From the NCBI GenBank assembly GCA_030141605.1, contig JAQGDQ010001091.1, positions 1-63,931 on the forward strand: DNA of 63,931 nt, given 5' to 3'. Below are positions 1-54,777 of the stretch, one piece after another. Source of the DNA: Tubiluchus corallicola (Eukaryota > Animalia > Priapulida). The position numbers and the translations under genes are program-made. The notes beneath the pieces were generated by a model. That model made no database searches, had not been told where the DNA came from, and worked only from the letters and a program-made list of their open reading frames with translations. The number at the start of each line of letters is the position of its first letter. Position 1 is the stretch's first letter.

Positions 1-36
<36 letters not shown>
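1..36. repeat. (AT)n microsatellite
   Basis: direct reading. Confidence 0.95.
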
Positions 37-40
<4 letters not shown>

Positions 41-2178
41 ATATTGTAATATTTCTATGGTTTTCAGACTTGACACTCCAGAAAACATACTCATGTCTTC
101 GCCAAACTTCCAAAATAGACACGATCGACTCCTCTTTGTCATTTGAAGATTGTCATAAGGATGACAAACAAAACTAGACTGATAACTGCACCTTTTTTTT
201 ATCCCATTCACTACTTCCAATCAACAAGATCTTTGCATTTTAAAAGCACACTTTGCTTTCTTTTGTTCAGTAGTAAGTTCCACTGAGCTTCGATCTTTAC
301 AGCTTCAAGCTTTTTAACATAATTATGTGAATTCTTATAATGTGTTATTGCCCTAGCTACTTTGAAATTACATCAGTGCATAAAAAGTAGTTAGGGCAGT
401 ATATACTTAAAATAGTTTGATTTAGTTCTTTAAACCTTATTGAATAAGTTACGTTACTTAATTGGCCCTGGAAACAACCTAGCTATCATTCATGAAATTT
501 GATCTGGTTGTGCCGATTGAACTTGAAATTGAAATTATAACCCCATAATTGTGGGTCCTCCGTATTCAGAGCAATCAACATATCTTTTAGTTCTGCTCCA
601 TGCCCTTCATGTACATACTCGTGGCCAGATTTTCATGCAGCCTTTTGATCACAAAATCTTTGGAACCCCCATAAGCTTTTTTTCATGTACTTAGCTATGC
701 TGTGCCATGCGTAAAATATAAATGATGGACAAAAGTAGGATTAGGCTTCAGTAATTTCTGCACAAAATGTCGTAATTTTAGGAGGCCAGGTAAAGGAAAA
801 GTAGTTAAAAGATTTTATTGCAGAAGACATCTCTGTTTTAGCATCGATGAACCATACATTTTGACATTGAAAAAGTTGTGCATAGGTATAGGTCTTTTCA
901 TTTAATAAAAAGTTTTGTGCACTTATGTAAGCAACTACACACAAGCCTATGCTAGATCTGTTTCTACATATGCTAAAACTAAAAATCAAACAGCTACTCC
1001 CACAATTTGGCACACCTCAAATTATTTTGTGCCCTAGGCAACTGCTTGCCTAATGTTAGCTATAGCCGGCCTTGCGTACCATGTCCGCCAAGTAATCGAA
1101 GATCAGTCTGGCCTAGATTTCCTTTAATTTCAGAAAGACTATATTATTAAGAAATTTAAAGTTGCACTTAGTTATTGTTGACCTATAGTGCGCCTGCTTT
1201 GTATAGCGGGTGATATGACGCTGGAAGTTGATATGCTATCTACAAAATCAATGACTACAGCGATATTTTATGTTCTGTTTTTATGCTACAGGGGATTTCT
1301 GTACTTCTTACAAACACGTTCTGGTGCTCAGGATAGATAGAGGAACATATTATTTTTTATTTCGTGCTTAAAATTTTTATCAACTTGTTTCAAAATCGAT
1401 GAGACGGAGACTAAGTCGTTGATAAAGATCATATTTGCGTCACACGACGTCGCACTTCTTTCCCGAATGATGTTCATTTCTAAAATAGCGCACTAATTTA
1501 TATGGTGGTAAATTGAAATTTCTGAAACAGCCCCTTTGTTTGCTTGACTTTACCTAAATTTCTGTACAGTAGAGCGAACTTTGTTCTATTAATAACGGAG
1601 AGGCAAAAGGCTAAATTCATAATAATGTTTTTATTAACGTATAGTACGGTCAACTGATTTCTTTTTTAGACTTTTTCGTCGGTTTCTGGGACTTTCTGAT
1701 TAACTTTCTTCCCTAATGTACGGAAATATTTCTTTAGTCATGGTGTGATTAGCTTGATGTCCAGAGGCATACCAGTAGTCTCAATTATAATTTATATTAT
1801 TGTTTTTTCTTTTTTAAAATTTGTGCTAATTTAACACTTTCTGTAAAAATTATCATTGAATGCTCATGGTAAATCTAGCAATAAATTTTAAAACTTCAGT
1901 ATGGAATTGTCTTTTGAGCAATGTAGCAATTTAAATTTAGAAGTGCAATGATAGTGATGCCAGCTGTAATAAGCTAGCGTCGTTAATTCGTTCTATGGTG
2001 TAGATTCGATTGTAGCAAGATGCCTTGTCGGTTTTGTGTGCTCTAAGCACAAGTCGTTGATGGTTGATCGAAAAAACTTTATGAGTTAGGCAATGTTGAC
2101 CATTTTCCAGCATAGAAATTCCAAACCCTTCATCCATACGGCAAGCTAACTAGAAGACAGAAAGTCAACCCTTCTATA

Positions 2179-2550
2179 CATAAACTCCGGATTTGATGAC
2201 AAATACATAGGGAATGACAAATTATGTAGTGAAACAGTGTACACAACATGGACATGTAGACAACACTGCTGTAGTTCAATTATTTACACATGCTCCGGTC
2301 AAGTATTCAGTTATCTTTATCTCTACCAAGTTCTGTGCCCGTTTCATCAGCACCGATTCTATTGAAAACACTGAAATATCAATCCCGGAGAAAATAATGG
2401 GGGAGGGGGGCGACTTGTGCAACATCGGAATTTTATCGAAAGACAATACTGTTTTAAGTTGTGCGAAACTCTTTTTCTAGAGTATAAATAGCATTTTTGA
2501 GTAAGGCGAAAACTGGAGTTATGATATTTTGAGTTACGCGGAGTTTACTG
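2179..2550. mobile_element. Degenerate Tigger-like MITE (family of 16436-16720)
   Basis: Shared right end tttgagtaaggcgaaaa...gagttacgcggagtttactg|ta. Confidence 0.5.
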
Positions 2551-2734
2551 TATTAATAATAATTATAATAATAATCTCTTCATTAAAATTATAATAATTA
2601 TTCTAAAAATAATTTGAAGTATTTATGTTTTGGTAGGGCATATTTCAAAATCGTGAAGAGTAAGTAAAGCATTTCCTGTCATCTTCTTTACAAGAATTTT
2701 AAGTCTAGACACTTAATCTGATCATTCACAAGTG

Positions 2735-3631
2735 ATGGAAAATTGGGAAGAGAAGCTGAAACAGGCAAAGCTTGATTATTTCAAGCAGTTGATCATTCTG
2801 ACTGAGCTAAGGGAAGTTTTCTTACAACATGAATTCAGTGGAACAGTTTCAGATGCTCATAAAGCTGTAGAAAGACAATTGGACTTCAGTAGATTACTTG
2901 ACCACCTGGCAAGGCAAAACAGTTCTAGTGACTTTTGTATGTTAAGGCTTACTGAAGATCACGTGACTGACTTGTGTCATTCTGATGATGTGGAAATCAA
3001 CAAACGCGTTGTAGTGTCGGAACTGGAAAAACATTTGCTGAATAAAAGTAAAAATTTGGTAAACTACTATGATGGAAGTAGAACACCAGATAACGACAAG
3101 GTTGTTGAAGCGAGAGCTGTGAAACTTCCCACCGTATTTAAACTCGAACAAGAAATGCTGTTTGCAGAGAAACGTAGTTTGCGCGCTGATCAGGAGAAGA
3201 GGCATGCGTGCACTTTGAAATACCTCGATGTACTAATGAAATCCTTTACTATACTCGAAAAGCTTATCACTGAATATAAACTTCGGTTGCAATCTGAAAA
3301 TGATAGAACCAGCGTGAAGTGTTTAGCTATACGTTGTCAGGCGTTACAGCTGAAACTGCGATCCATAGAACTGCAATTGTTGTGCGATACGTACACTGCA
3401 GAAACGACTCGGGCACTGAAACAAATTAAAAGTCATCTAAGCGAAAAGCAGACAGAGTGTGAAAGAGAACTAGATACCCTTACAAAGGCATTAGAACTCT
3501 ATCAGTCTGTCGGTTTTGGTTTTGATCAACTTGTGGCAGAGTTTGCACATTTGATGGCTGAGCATGAAAATAAGACGTGGGCTTTACAAGAATTACAGGG
3601 AAATCTCAAATCAAAATCTAATAATACCTAA
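2735..3631 (+). CDS. HAUS4: HAUS augmin-like complex subunit 4 (single-exon CDS, 298 aa)
   Basis: Non-repetitive coiled-coil ORF; C-terminal RCQALQLKLRSIELQLLCDTYT...LELYQSVGFGFDQLVAEF...ENKTWALQEL resembles the HAUS4 family (human KCGAMILKLRMEELKILSDTYT...FDRLVKEY...ENKRWALQEF, from recall). ATG at 2735 with in-frame TAA upstream at 2714; AATAAA at 3630 and 3710. Confidence 0.88.
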   Translation: MENWEEKLKQAKLDYFKQLIILTELREVFLQHEFSGTVSDAHKAVERQLDFSRLLDHLARQNSSSDFCMLRLTEDHVTDLCHSDDVEINKRVVVSELEKHLLNKSKNLVNYYDGSRTPDNDKVVEARAVKLPTVFKLEQEMLFAEKRSLRADQEKRHACTLKYLDVLMKSFTILEKLITEYKLRLQSENDRTSVKCLAIRCQALQLKLRSIELQLLCDTYTAETTRALKQIKSHLSEKQTECERELDTLTKALELYQSVGFGFDQLVAEFAHLMAEHENKTWALQELQGNLKSKSNNT

Positions 3632-3760
3632 TAAAATGAAACATTCAAATCATGTCTTTTTTCTTCAAATGATGTGCAGGTGATTTTTGTTGTACAATGT
3701 GATTCTTGTAATAAAAATTTATTTGTACATTTCATAAGATATTCTTCCTGAGTTCTTGTA

Positions 3761-5070
3761 TTTTCAAAATGTTATTACTGCAGTGCAACTGCTACGAGTT
3801 TTCAAAATGTTGTTACTGCAGTGCAACTGCTACGAGTTTTCAAAATGTTGTTACTGCAGTGCAACTGCTACAAGTTTTCAAAATGTTGTTACAGCAGTGC
3901 AACTGCTACGAGTTTTCAAAATGTTGTCACTGCAGTGGAAGTGCTACGCGTTTTCAAAATGTTGTTACTGCAGTGGAAGTGCTACGAGTTTTCAAAATGT
4001 TGTTACTGCAGTGCAAGTGCTACGAGTTTTCAAAATGTTGTTACTGCAGTGCAAGTGCTACGAGTTTTCAAAATGTTGTTACTGCAGTGCAAGTGCTACG
4101 AGTTTTCAAAATGTTGTTACTGCAGTGCAAGTGCTACGCGTTTTCAAAATGTTGTTACTGTAGTGCAACTGCTACGAGTTTTCAAAATGTTGTTACTGCA
4201 GTGCAACTGCTACGAGTTTTCAAAATGTTGTTACTGCAGTGCAACTGCTACGAGTTTTCAAAATGTTGTTACTGCAGTGGAAGTGCTACGAGTTTTCAAA
4301 ATGTTGTTACTGCAGTGCAAGTGCTACGAGTTTTCAAAATGTTGTTACTGTAGTGCAACTGCTACGAGTTTTCAAAATGTTGTTACTGCAGTGCAACTGC
4401 TACGAGTTTTCAAAATGTTGTTACTGCAGTGCAACTGCTACGAGTTTTCAAAATGTTGTTACTGCAGTGCAACTGCTACGAGTTTTCAAAATGTTGTTAC
4501 TGCAGTGCAACTGCTACGAGTTTTCAAAATGTTGTTACTGCAGTGGAAGTGCTACGAGTTTTCAAAATGTTGTTACTGCAGTGCAACTGCTACGAGTTTT
4601 CAAAATGTTGTTACTGCAGTGCAAGTGCTACGAGTTTTCAAAATGTTGTTACTGCAGTGGAAGTGCTACGAGTTTTCAAAATGTTGTTACTGCAGTGCAA
4701 GTGCTACGAGTTTTCAAAATGTTGTTACTGCAGTGGAAGTGCTACGAGTTTTCAAAATGTTGTTACTGCAGTGCAAGTGCTACGAGTTTTCAAAATGTTG
4801 TTACTGCAGTGCAACTGCTACGAGTTTTCAAAATGTTGTTACTGCAGTGCAACTGTCACGAGTTTTCAAAATATTGTTACTGCAGTGCAACTGTCACGAG
4901 TTTTCAAAATGTTGTTACTGCAGTGGAAGTGCAATGAGTTTTCGAAATGTTGTTACTGCAGTGCAACTGCTACGAGTTTTCAGAATGTTACTGCAGTGCA
5001 ACTGCTACGAGTTTTCAAAATGTTGTAACTGCAGTGCAACTGCTTTGAGTTTTCAAAATGTTATTACTGC
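3761..5070. repeat. 38-bp minisatellite, ~34 copies
   Basis: unit gagttttcaaaatgttgttactgcagtgcaactgctac. Confidence 0.97.
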
Positions 5071-7747
5071 TATGAGCTAAATGATATTTTTATCTATTTG
5101 GATTTGATTCACTTGAAAACCTAGTAAGAATTAAAAAGAAAAAAATTTGACCACATTACAATTTTGTTTTTATCACTTGTTTTTACTTTTACTTTGTTTT
5201 GTTTTTACTCTTGCAGCTCTACATTATCACAATAAAATTATTAACTTCAAATTTAATTTAAAGTTACACAGAGCATTCTTACAAATACCCAAAACCTCTG
5301 CTAGATTTTTGAATCAATGTAATTATCTTTTGCCAACTGTTTTATATTTCGTATCAGAGTTTGTTTACTGCTTTTTGGACTGGTGCCAAAATTGGAATTC
5401 CAATTCAATTTTGAATAAAACAGTAAAACCCATGTATTTGTTTATTTGTCATTTTGGTTTTTTTTACATTTGTACGTAATAATATTACATATGGCACTTC
5501 TGTTGTGCTATGCATGCTTGCAAAAATGTACAAAGTCTTTCTGTCATCTATCTTCAACAATACTGCAAGTCATTACTAAATTTTGTTTTGCAGATTAATT
5601 TGCATAACCTGGAAACGTCCAGTAGGATTGTGTTCTGTATGGTGTTTATGTCTTAGCAGCAGTTTTCACATCTGCCTGTGAAAAAAACTGAATGCCAAAT
5701 GACAGCAACTCAAAACGGGTAAATGAAACAAGGCGAGACAATCCTACCCAGATGGACATTTATTCAATTCAATAAAAGAAATGTATGTTTTGTTTACACA
5801 TTAAGTAAAATTGAAAAAAGCACAAATATAATACTAAAACACTGACAGGTGATGCCTACCAACTGACTGCCCAGACGACGCAGAGGAGCGGCAATGCAGG
5901 AAAAATACACATAAGCTAACCATTACTTGCCAAGTACAATAATAACTTAAAAAGATAAGATCTAATCAGAAACTATGCATAGAGTTTGTAACTGATAAAC
6001 CAGCCGTGCAGTCGAATCAAAACTCTCTCAGTGTGTCTTTATATTTTCACTTTCAGCAAAAAATTTTCCGGGAAGCAAATCGTCCCATTTTAAAATAAGC
6101 TTACCAGCCAGAATTCATAACTATAACGTCCTATACCACACGGTGTGGCTAAAAATATCGTTAGAAAATGAAAATAAAAACCACTTTACATAAAAATTGT
6201 TGCAAAATGCTTTTTGAAGATGCAAAAAAAAAACTTCGAAAAAAGTTCCTATAAGCCACAGCATGATAATATTTTAGCAGGTTTATATTGGTAGGATGTA
6301 AAGATCAGAGGCTAAAATTGTGAGCAGAATTTACAAACACAATCAAATACAAGACAACAGAAATTTCAAAGTGAAACACAATACAAAAAGCATCAGAATT
6401 CTCTGCTACTTCACAAAGCTGTACTGTAGTAACTGTACAATTCAAAATAGTCACACACACTATAACCACAGACAATAATTTGCCCCACTGCTTGCACGCC
6501 AAGTCTTAAATAGAAAGCGTATCATTACTAAAAAGCACAAATGATGTGCTACATCTAGGCCATAACTCTAGTAATCTATGTAAATTTAACCAACTTGGTT
6601 TAAAACACGGCATGCAAGCACAGTGGCATATAGCAAAACTCTGAATTAAATAACGCAATAATGATCATATATTATATAATAACACAGAAAAATCTTATCC
6701 ATTAAATACACAAGTTTCTTTTGACTAAAACGCGAGTTGAACCGTCACAGATTGCACTGCACTAGGCATGCATAAACAATAACCACTGATTTGTTATGGA
6801 CAGCATACATCTGCTCAAGTAAAGAATCAGCGCATTGAGCATAGCATAATATGGGGAACTCCAACCAAAATAACAACAGTTTCTACTCAATACATACCAG
6901 TATATACCTCGTATATACTATTTACTATTTACATTCTTTGGTTTAAACTTTATACTATACCGGTAACCAGTAATTTTACTATAATTTAAACTAAAATATT
7001 TACTGTAATAGTAAAATCAGCTAACTCCGTCAGACTGAGTTATACGACAGCATGAAAATGTTTTATTGTTTAGTACAGTGGTGGAGACTGGAGAGCTGCA
7101 ATTAGCCACACTGTTTTGCTCAACGTAGCTTTATACAGCATTAACATTAAAAAAAAGCACAACTTGGTCAATGGCCAATGAGAAACTGTTTCTTAACATG
7201 AACACTATTGATTGTAATTCAATAAGATTAAACATATTTAACGTGCGTGCAAAACTGGGCACACGGCCACAAAAAATAGTGTGCTAACATGGAACATCTC
7301 ATACAAGTAGTGCTTCGAATGGGCTGGGCATTTCAACAAGAGCACAGCATTTTAAAAACTTCAATATTCAATGAAACAGAGGTATCCAAATTCACATCAT
7401 TTTCAGTGCAAAAAGGCTATTCAAGTTTTGGCAAATATGAATTTTTGGCATGTGCATATAAAGCGTCATATAAGTTTGTGCAAGATATATTAACTAGTAG
7501 TACTAAACTGATGTTTCATTTCATCACAAGGCATAACTAAATACGTCAAAAGTGGTAAAAATCAATAAACACGTCATGATTGAAGGACAATCGATACCGA
7601 CTTCGTCCAAGACGCTGATATCTACATAAAATAAGTGCATTGCAAGTTTTTTTACAATGCTAGAATCAACTGAAAAACACAAATTTCTTGCGTGCAAGAC
7701 AAGAAATTTGTGTTCCTACACGCAAGTGACCAACTCACAAAAATGAA

Positions 7748-8401
7748 ATACGTGTGCTTGCAAAACAAAACTATCCAAAAGTCGACGTAGTTAAAACTAC
7801 ATTATGATGCTTCGTAGTAGAAATCGCCAAAATTCTGGTCAAATGCCAAATTTTGGTTTTTTACAAAAACAGATGCTAAATATATTGGACTTTCATATTC
7901 TAGCATAAAATCATCAGAAAAAGGTTAAAAAAATAGCAAAAATTTAATTTTATAACCCCACTTCTGTGTGCTGCAATTGTAAAAAAAAATCATAATTTCA
8001 AACCCCGATAATCGCTCGTGTAAACAGTCATTTGCTTGCGGAATTTTTCTGTTGACAAGCCCAGATCTTCGTCTGGAAGAACCATCTACTGGATTTGAAC
8101 ATAACTCCAGTGTGTTCTTGTAAAGTCCATAGCAACCAACATTTTGTGTAGTTGCTAAGTGTTTTGCAGAAGCGCGACAAAAAAGCAATGGCTAACTTTA
8201 AAGCGATTTTCTCAAGGTTATGTTCTTCAGTGTGCAGCCTGCATTTCAACAAAAACCGGGATTATCTCAGCTTAGAAATAATGTACAGCGATAAGCTTGG
8301 TATCAAAATGATTCTCATGAAATATAGATTTAGGATATGTGAATAACTAGAAAAACTTAATTGCCGACTTATGGACGTTTTTGCTAAGCAAGCACACATA
8401 T
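7748..8401. mobile_element. Non-autonomous TIR element (second copy 37630-38373)
   Basis: Imperfect ~50-bp TIRs (gtgtgcttgc...tccaaaagtcg / ccgacttatgga...gcaagcacac); dispersed homologue in the window. Confidence 0.65.
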
Positions 8402-9429
8402 AACTGCCAATGGCTTATTTCTAGTATGCACACGTACATGCATAACAAAGGTATTGTACAGCACTCTAGAATAAAGAGTCAAAATAGTTCAGTAAATGGG
8501 CAAATTCAATAAACAAACAAATACAAACAACAACATCTTATACACAGCCATTTGCTTCATCAAGCCAGCAGTGGCCGGCTTAGTGCCTTAAATAAAAACC
8601 AATTTTGATAATAGCATGTATGCCTAATAATAATTATAACTACACTCATCATTTATATATCAATATTTAATTCTCCACAATAAGTTTAAACACCTATCAC
8701 TTAATATATTAAAAGCTGGCCAGGCTAGACTAGTAGAACACATGAAAAATCACACCACTATAACCACTTTCAGAACTGTATAACAGCTCTACATGATGCA
8801 TAATATAACAATAAAACACGTAAGTTTGTAAATAGATGTTTAAAATATCAAATAAGATATACAAAGACTACATTATAAGACCATGCGAGACCATCAAACA
8901 ACAAACACTGACGGTTCGCTAGAAAATTACCCATCTGAAAGTTGCAAAGCATTCAGTGATAGGTATAGCACGTGAAAAAGTGCCAAGACAGCAAGAAGTG
9001 TACTCCAGGAAAATTGGGCGCAGAAAAATACGCTAAACTGGTTATCATTAGCAGTTAGAAGTGTAGTAAGAAAAGATGTTCAATTTGATATTCTTAAAGA
9101 TAACAATTCTACGCACACAAATACTAAAGATGTATATGAATAAATCCAAAATCTTTATAATTTAAAGCTATAAACAAATTCATAAAATGTATAAAACTTC
9201 ATGCAAGTTCCCTGTGGAAAATAAGCCACCAAGGGAATACAAGCTAGCAGCAGGAAAAGACAGGTTCCTATAAAAACCAATAATGCATCTGTTTAGTTTT
9301 CAGTTACTAGACTTATCTGGGGTTCAATATCCCCAGTTTATTACGAGTGGGTTGCTTTACACATCTGGATACTTAGATATCACAGTTTTCTGACTACGTT
9401 GACACAGTTGAATACTGACTAGGAAAAAA

Positions 9430-9846
9430 ACTTCAACTGTCACTAGGTAACAACATCCATTGTTTTGACTTCAACTGTTGCTAGGTAACAACATCCGTTG
9501 TTTTGACTTCAACTGTTGCTAGGTAACAACATCCATTGTTTTGACTTCATCTGTTGCTAGGTAACAACATTCGTTGTTTTGACTTCAACTGTTGCTATGT
9601 AACAACATCCGTTGTTTTGACTTCAACTGTTGCTAGGTAACAACATTCGTTGTTTTGACTTCAACTGTTGCTAGGTAACAACATCCGTTGTTTTGACTTC
9701 AACTGTTGCTAGGTAACAACATCCGTTGTTTTGACTTCAACTGTTGCTAGGTGACAACATCCATTGTTTTGACTTCAACTGTTGCTAGGTAAAAACATCC
9801 GTTGTTTTGACTTCAACTGTTGCTAGGTAACAACATCCATTGTTTT
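9430..9846. repeat. 38-bp minisatellite, ~11 copies
   Basis: unit ttgacttcaactgttgctaggtaacaacatccgttgtt. Confidence 0.95.
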
Positions 9847-10076
9847 GCAGCTTTCGCTTCAATTTGCTAAGGTTGGAAAACGTATTAGAAGAACAATTGT
9901 TAGCTGCTGCTAATGTGGACAGTTGACAATAGAAGTTTAGATGGGGCCAGTGTGTTGCAATATGAAGCAAAAATGAAACCTATTAAACAATCCCCAACTC
10001 AAAATATTTTATAGAGATACTAAAAAACAACGAGCAGAAAAAAGAAGAGCACGACAACGGTAACGGACGCGAGTTA

Positions 10077-51991
<41,915 letters not shown>

Positions 51992-54328
51992 CTGAAAGAA
52001 AACAGAAGTTGTGTTAATTTTTCTCAAATACGAGCATCAATGATCGTGATACGGACAGTGATTACAAATACGGTCTCTGACTCAACACAGTATATTTAAA
52101 TTAGCAAAAACAGGGATAAAATGATGACCCACTCACTGGGGTTTGCGAAGAAAACAACGACATGAAATATTAACAATTTACTAAGGTCTTTTTTAGATCC
52201 ATCTTAAATTCTTGGCTTGCTAAACAAGTACTTATCTTTTGCGTGTTAAGACAAGCAACAGTAAGTTTGTAGGGAGTAGGGAGTGGTGACCAAACCTTTT
52301 TGAATATGTTTGAATGAATGATTATCAGTGGCAACAAATGAACACCTCCTTAATTTAGAAAGCTGGATGTTCATACGAATTCAAATCATTACTATACATG
52401 AAAAAAACTATTATGAATTGGTAGAATATCAAGAATATAGAAAATAACTGCCTTCGTTGAAATACATTTGATCATTTTAATTTATAAACCTAGACAGTTT
52501 CAGTACAGAATCTGCACATGCTGTTTCCTGTTTTCTCTTGTCATCATTAGTGAAAATTAGCAGTTTTTGAAAACAAATAATCTATGGGCCTAAAGCCTAC
52601 ATCAGATCATACACTTTCAGAGCCCAACACCTATTACAGATGCCATACTAAAACAAAAAACTTTCTGCCATAGTGAAGCAAAGAACACTCGTATATTTCT
52701 GCGGAGATGAGGACAAGTAACAGCCGGAATATTTGAAGTTTTATAATAATTTGCATTTTTACATTACGACTGTGGCTGAGCAATCCGACCCTTGAACCAC
52801 TGGAGTGGTTCTTTCCTTTAACCGATTAACAAACAGTCCTACAATGAAAGAGTCAGAAGACCTGACGTTACGAAATATCTATTCATTTGCTAATTTAAGG
52901 ATGAAGTGAAGCGGTTCCGGCCAATTTCTTCAACCCATTATAGAAATAAGTGGGATAAGTAATATTGATAATTTTGCAGGAAAACGTACAGCTCCCCTCG
53001 TTGCTTTCCCTGTTATTAATATCCAGTATCCACCTCGCTGATAATATAATGGGCAAAATCAATACATCAAGGACTGTCTAAACAAGCAGAAACCGCTTGT
53101 CTGTTCTCAGGCTTAGCCACGTAACTTCACCATCAACGGCAATCTGCCTGCCATTAAAATCAACTCATTAATCAAAGCTCTACAAGTTAATAGAAGCTAA
53201 TCCGCTACGGTGGCTCCACATTGCGTTAAAAGTACCAATTAAAATATGTTATAGTCCCTAAAATAAACACGCAACACTGTCGAAAATGGATGATTACAGC
53301 GGGGATAATAGAACTGATAAGGTCAGCGCATATTGAGATCTGCAGTGAATAGATAATTGAAGTCGGGCCGTGCACAATAGAGATTCATTGACTCAATACA
53401 TCAGCCCTAATAGTTGCACGCGGTTGACAAGGTTAGGGATCATCTATAAATGTCAGACCAGAGTAAATGAGATATAAACGCTTAGATGCCGCTGTTTACT
53501 CGCCGAGATAATGAAACCGATGCGAGTCACTCGACGTACGCGAATTCGCGCGCGGACGTGCCACGGCAGAGACGGTGGATATTTCAGCAATATAGTAGCC
53601 ATTAAATAACCGCGTGGGTGCAATTTAATGGCCACATTAACCAGGAAAGCCCATCATCGCTGACGCTAAAACAGAATTCAGCTTCAACAGTTCTTGTAGC
53701 GTTATTATTATTACCGGGAAATAAACCTATGCGAATGGAAAACGGGGCCATAAATTTAACAATTAATGACATCATTCATTTTCTCTGTAGAATACTTCTC
53801 ATTCAGTGGGCCATCGCTGCAATATAGAACAATAATTAGGCTCAGTTAGATTATCTTAGGTTAGAGTAAGTTACATAGTGTCTGATCTGGAGTGAATCAC
53901 GTGCTCTCTGTAATCACTGAAAGTTAGTTTCTACATATAATCAGCTACTTTCGGTTATTTCTGTGGAACACGTCCTTAGCTCATTTCGCCACGCTGGACA
54001 CAGGTCAGCGTACCACGAATGTCAAAATCCTTCAAAGTACTCGTTTTCTGCTGTTTCTCATAGCCTTATCCTGGACACCTCGGATGTAGAACGGATGGTC
54101 ATAAATCCAGTTATTTCCCCCAGGCTTCTTATCTGTGGAATTCTCCGACGGAAAATTGTTTCTATGAAAACAGCAACCTTAATGTTTCGAAATTGGTTAA
54201 CAAATATTTAATACATATAATGCAAAAACCTCACCGGATTCGAAATCGACCACTATGAAATTATTTATGTAAATTCTATTTCTATGGATATGAATTGATG
54301 GCTTCGTCTTTCTACTATAGCCCTTTAA

Positions 54329-54777
54329 CCCTTTCAGTCCCAACTTTTTTAAATAAGAATAAAATTTTGCTTTGGTTCAGTATGTCCATCTTGTTTACAC
54401 ATAATAATTACTCTTTTTCTACCTGTGCCCGCGTGCTAAATATAGCCTGTATCCCATGGGATACATTGGGATTCAATGGAAGCATGAAATGTGCTGCATT
54501 TTGCAACTGCTGATAATTTTTTAAAGTATTTAAGACATTTAGTATGCATGCTATGCTGATCTGTACAAAGTCGTCTCTAAACTACTGTACCTTGCGCAGT
54601 TTTTTATGCTATGTAGATCTTCTAGTTTGCCATTTTATCACCATTTTTAGTCTATTGTTATTGGCTTAAACCAAAATAACTGTTAACAGATCAAGCAGCC
54701 GTTAGTTTTAAAATTTTATTAATTTTAAAGGCAGAAAATATTCTCGTATCCCACGGGATACAACGGGTATGAAAGGG
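54329..54777. mobile_element. piggyBac-like MITE (inverted copy of 50199)
   Basis: TTAA TSD; reverse complement of 50199-50645. Confidence 0.85.

Larger units (their letters stand above)
5740..10076 (-). other. Putative long CaMKII 3'UTR
   Basis: U-rich on the - strand; AATAAA at 5759-5764 (-) followed by GU-rich sequence; other AATAAA sites exist, so the end is uncertain. Confidence 0.4.

Noticed and set aside
3756-5080. Long Cys-rich ORFs (up to 419 aa)
   Set aside because: Translations of the 38-bp satellite; the same peptide appears in all three frames.
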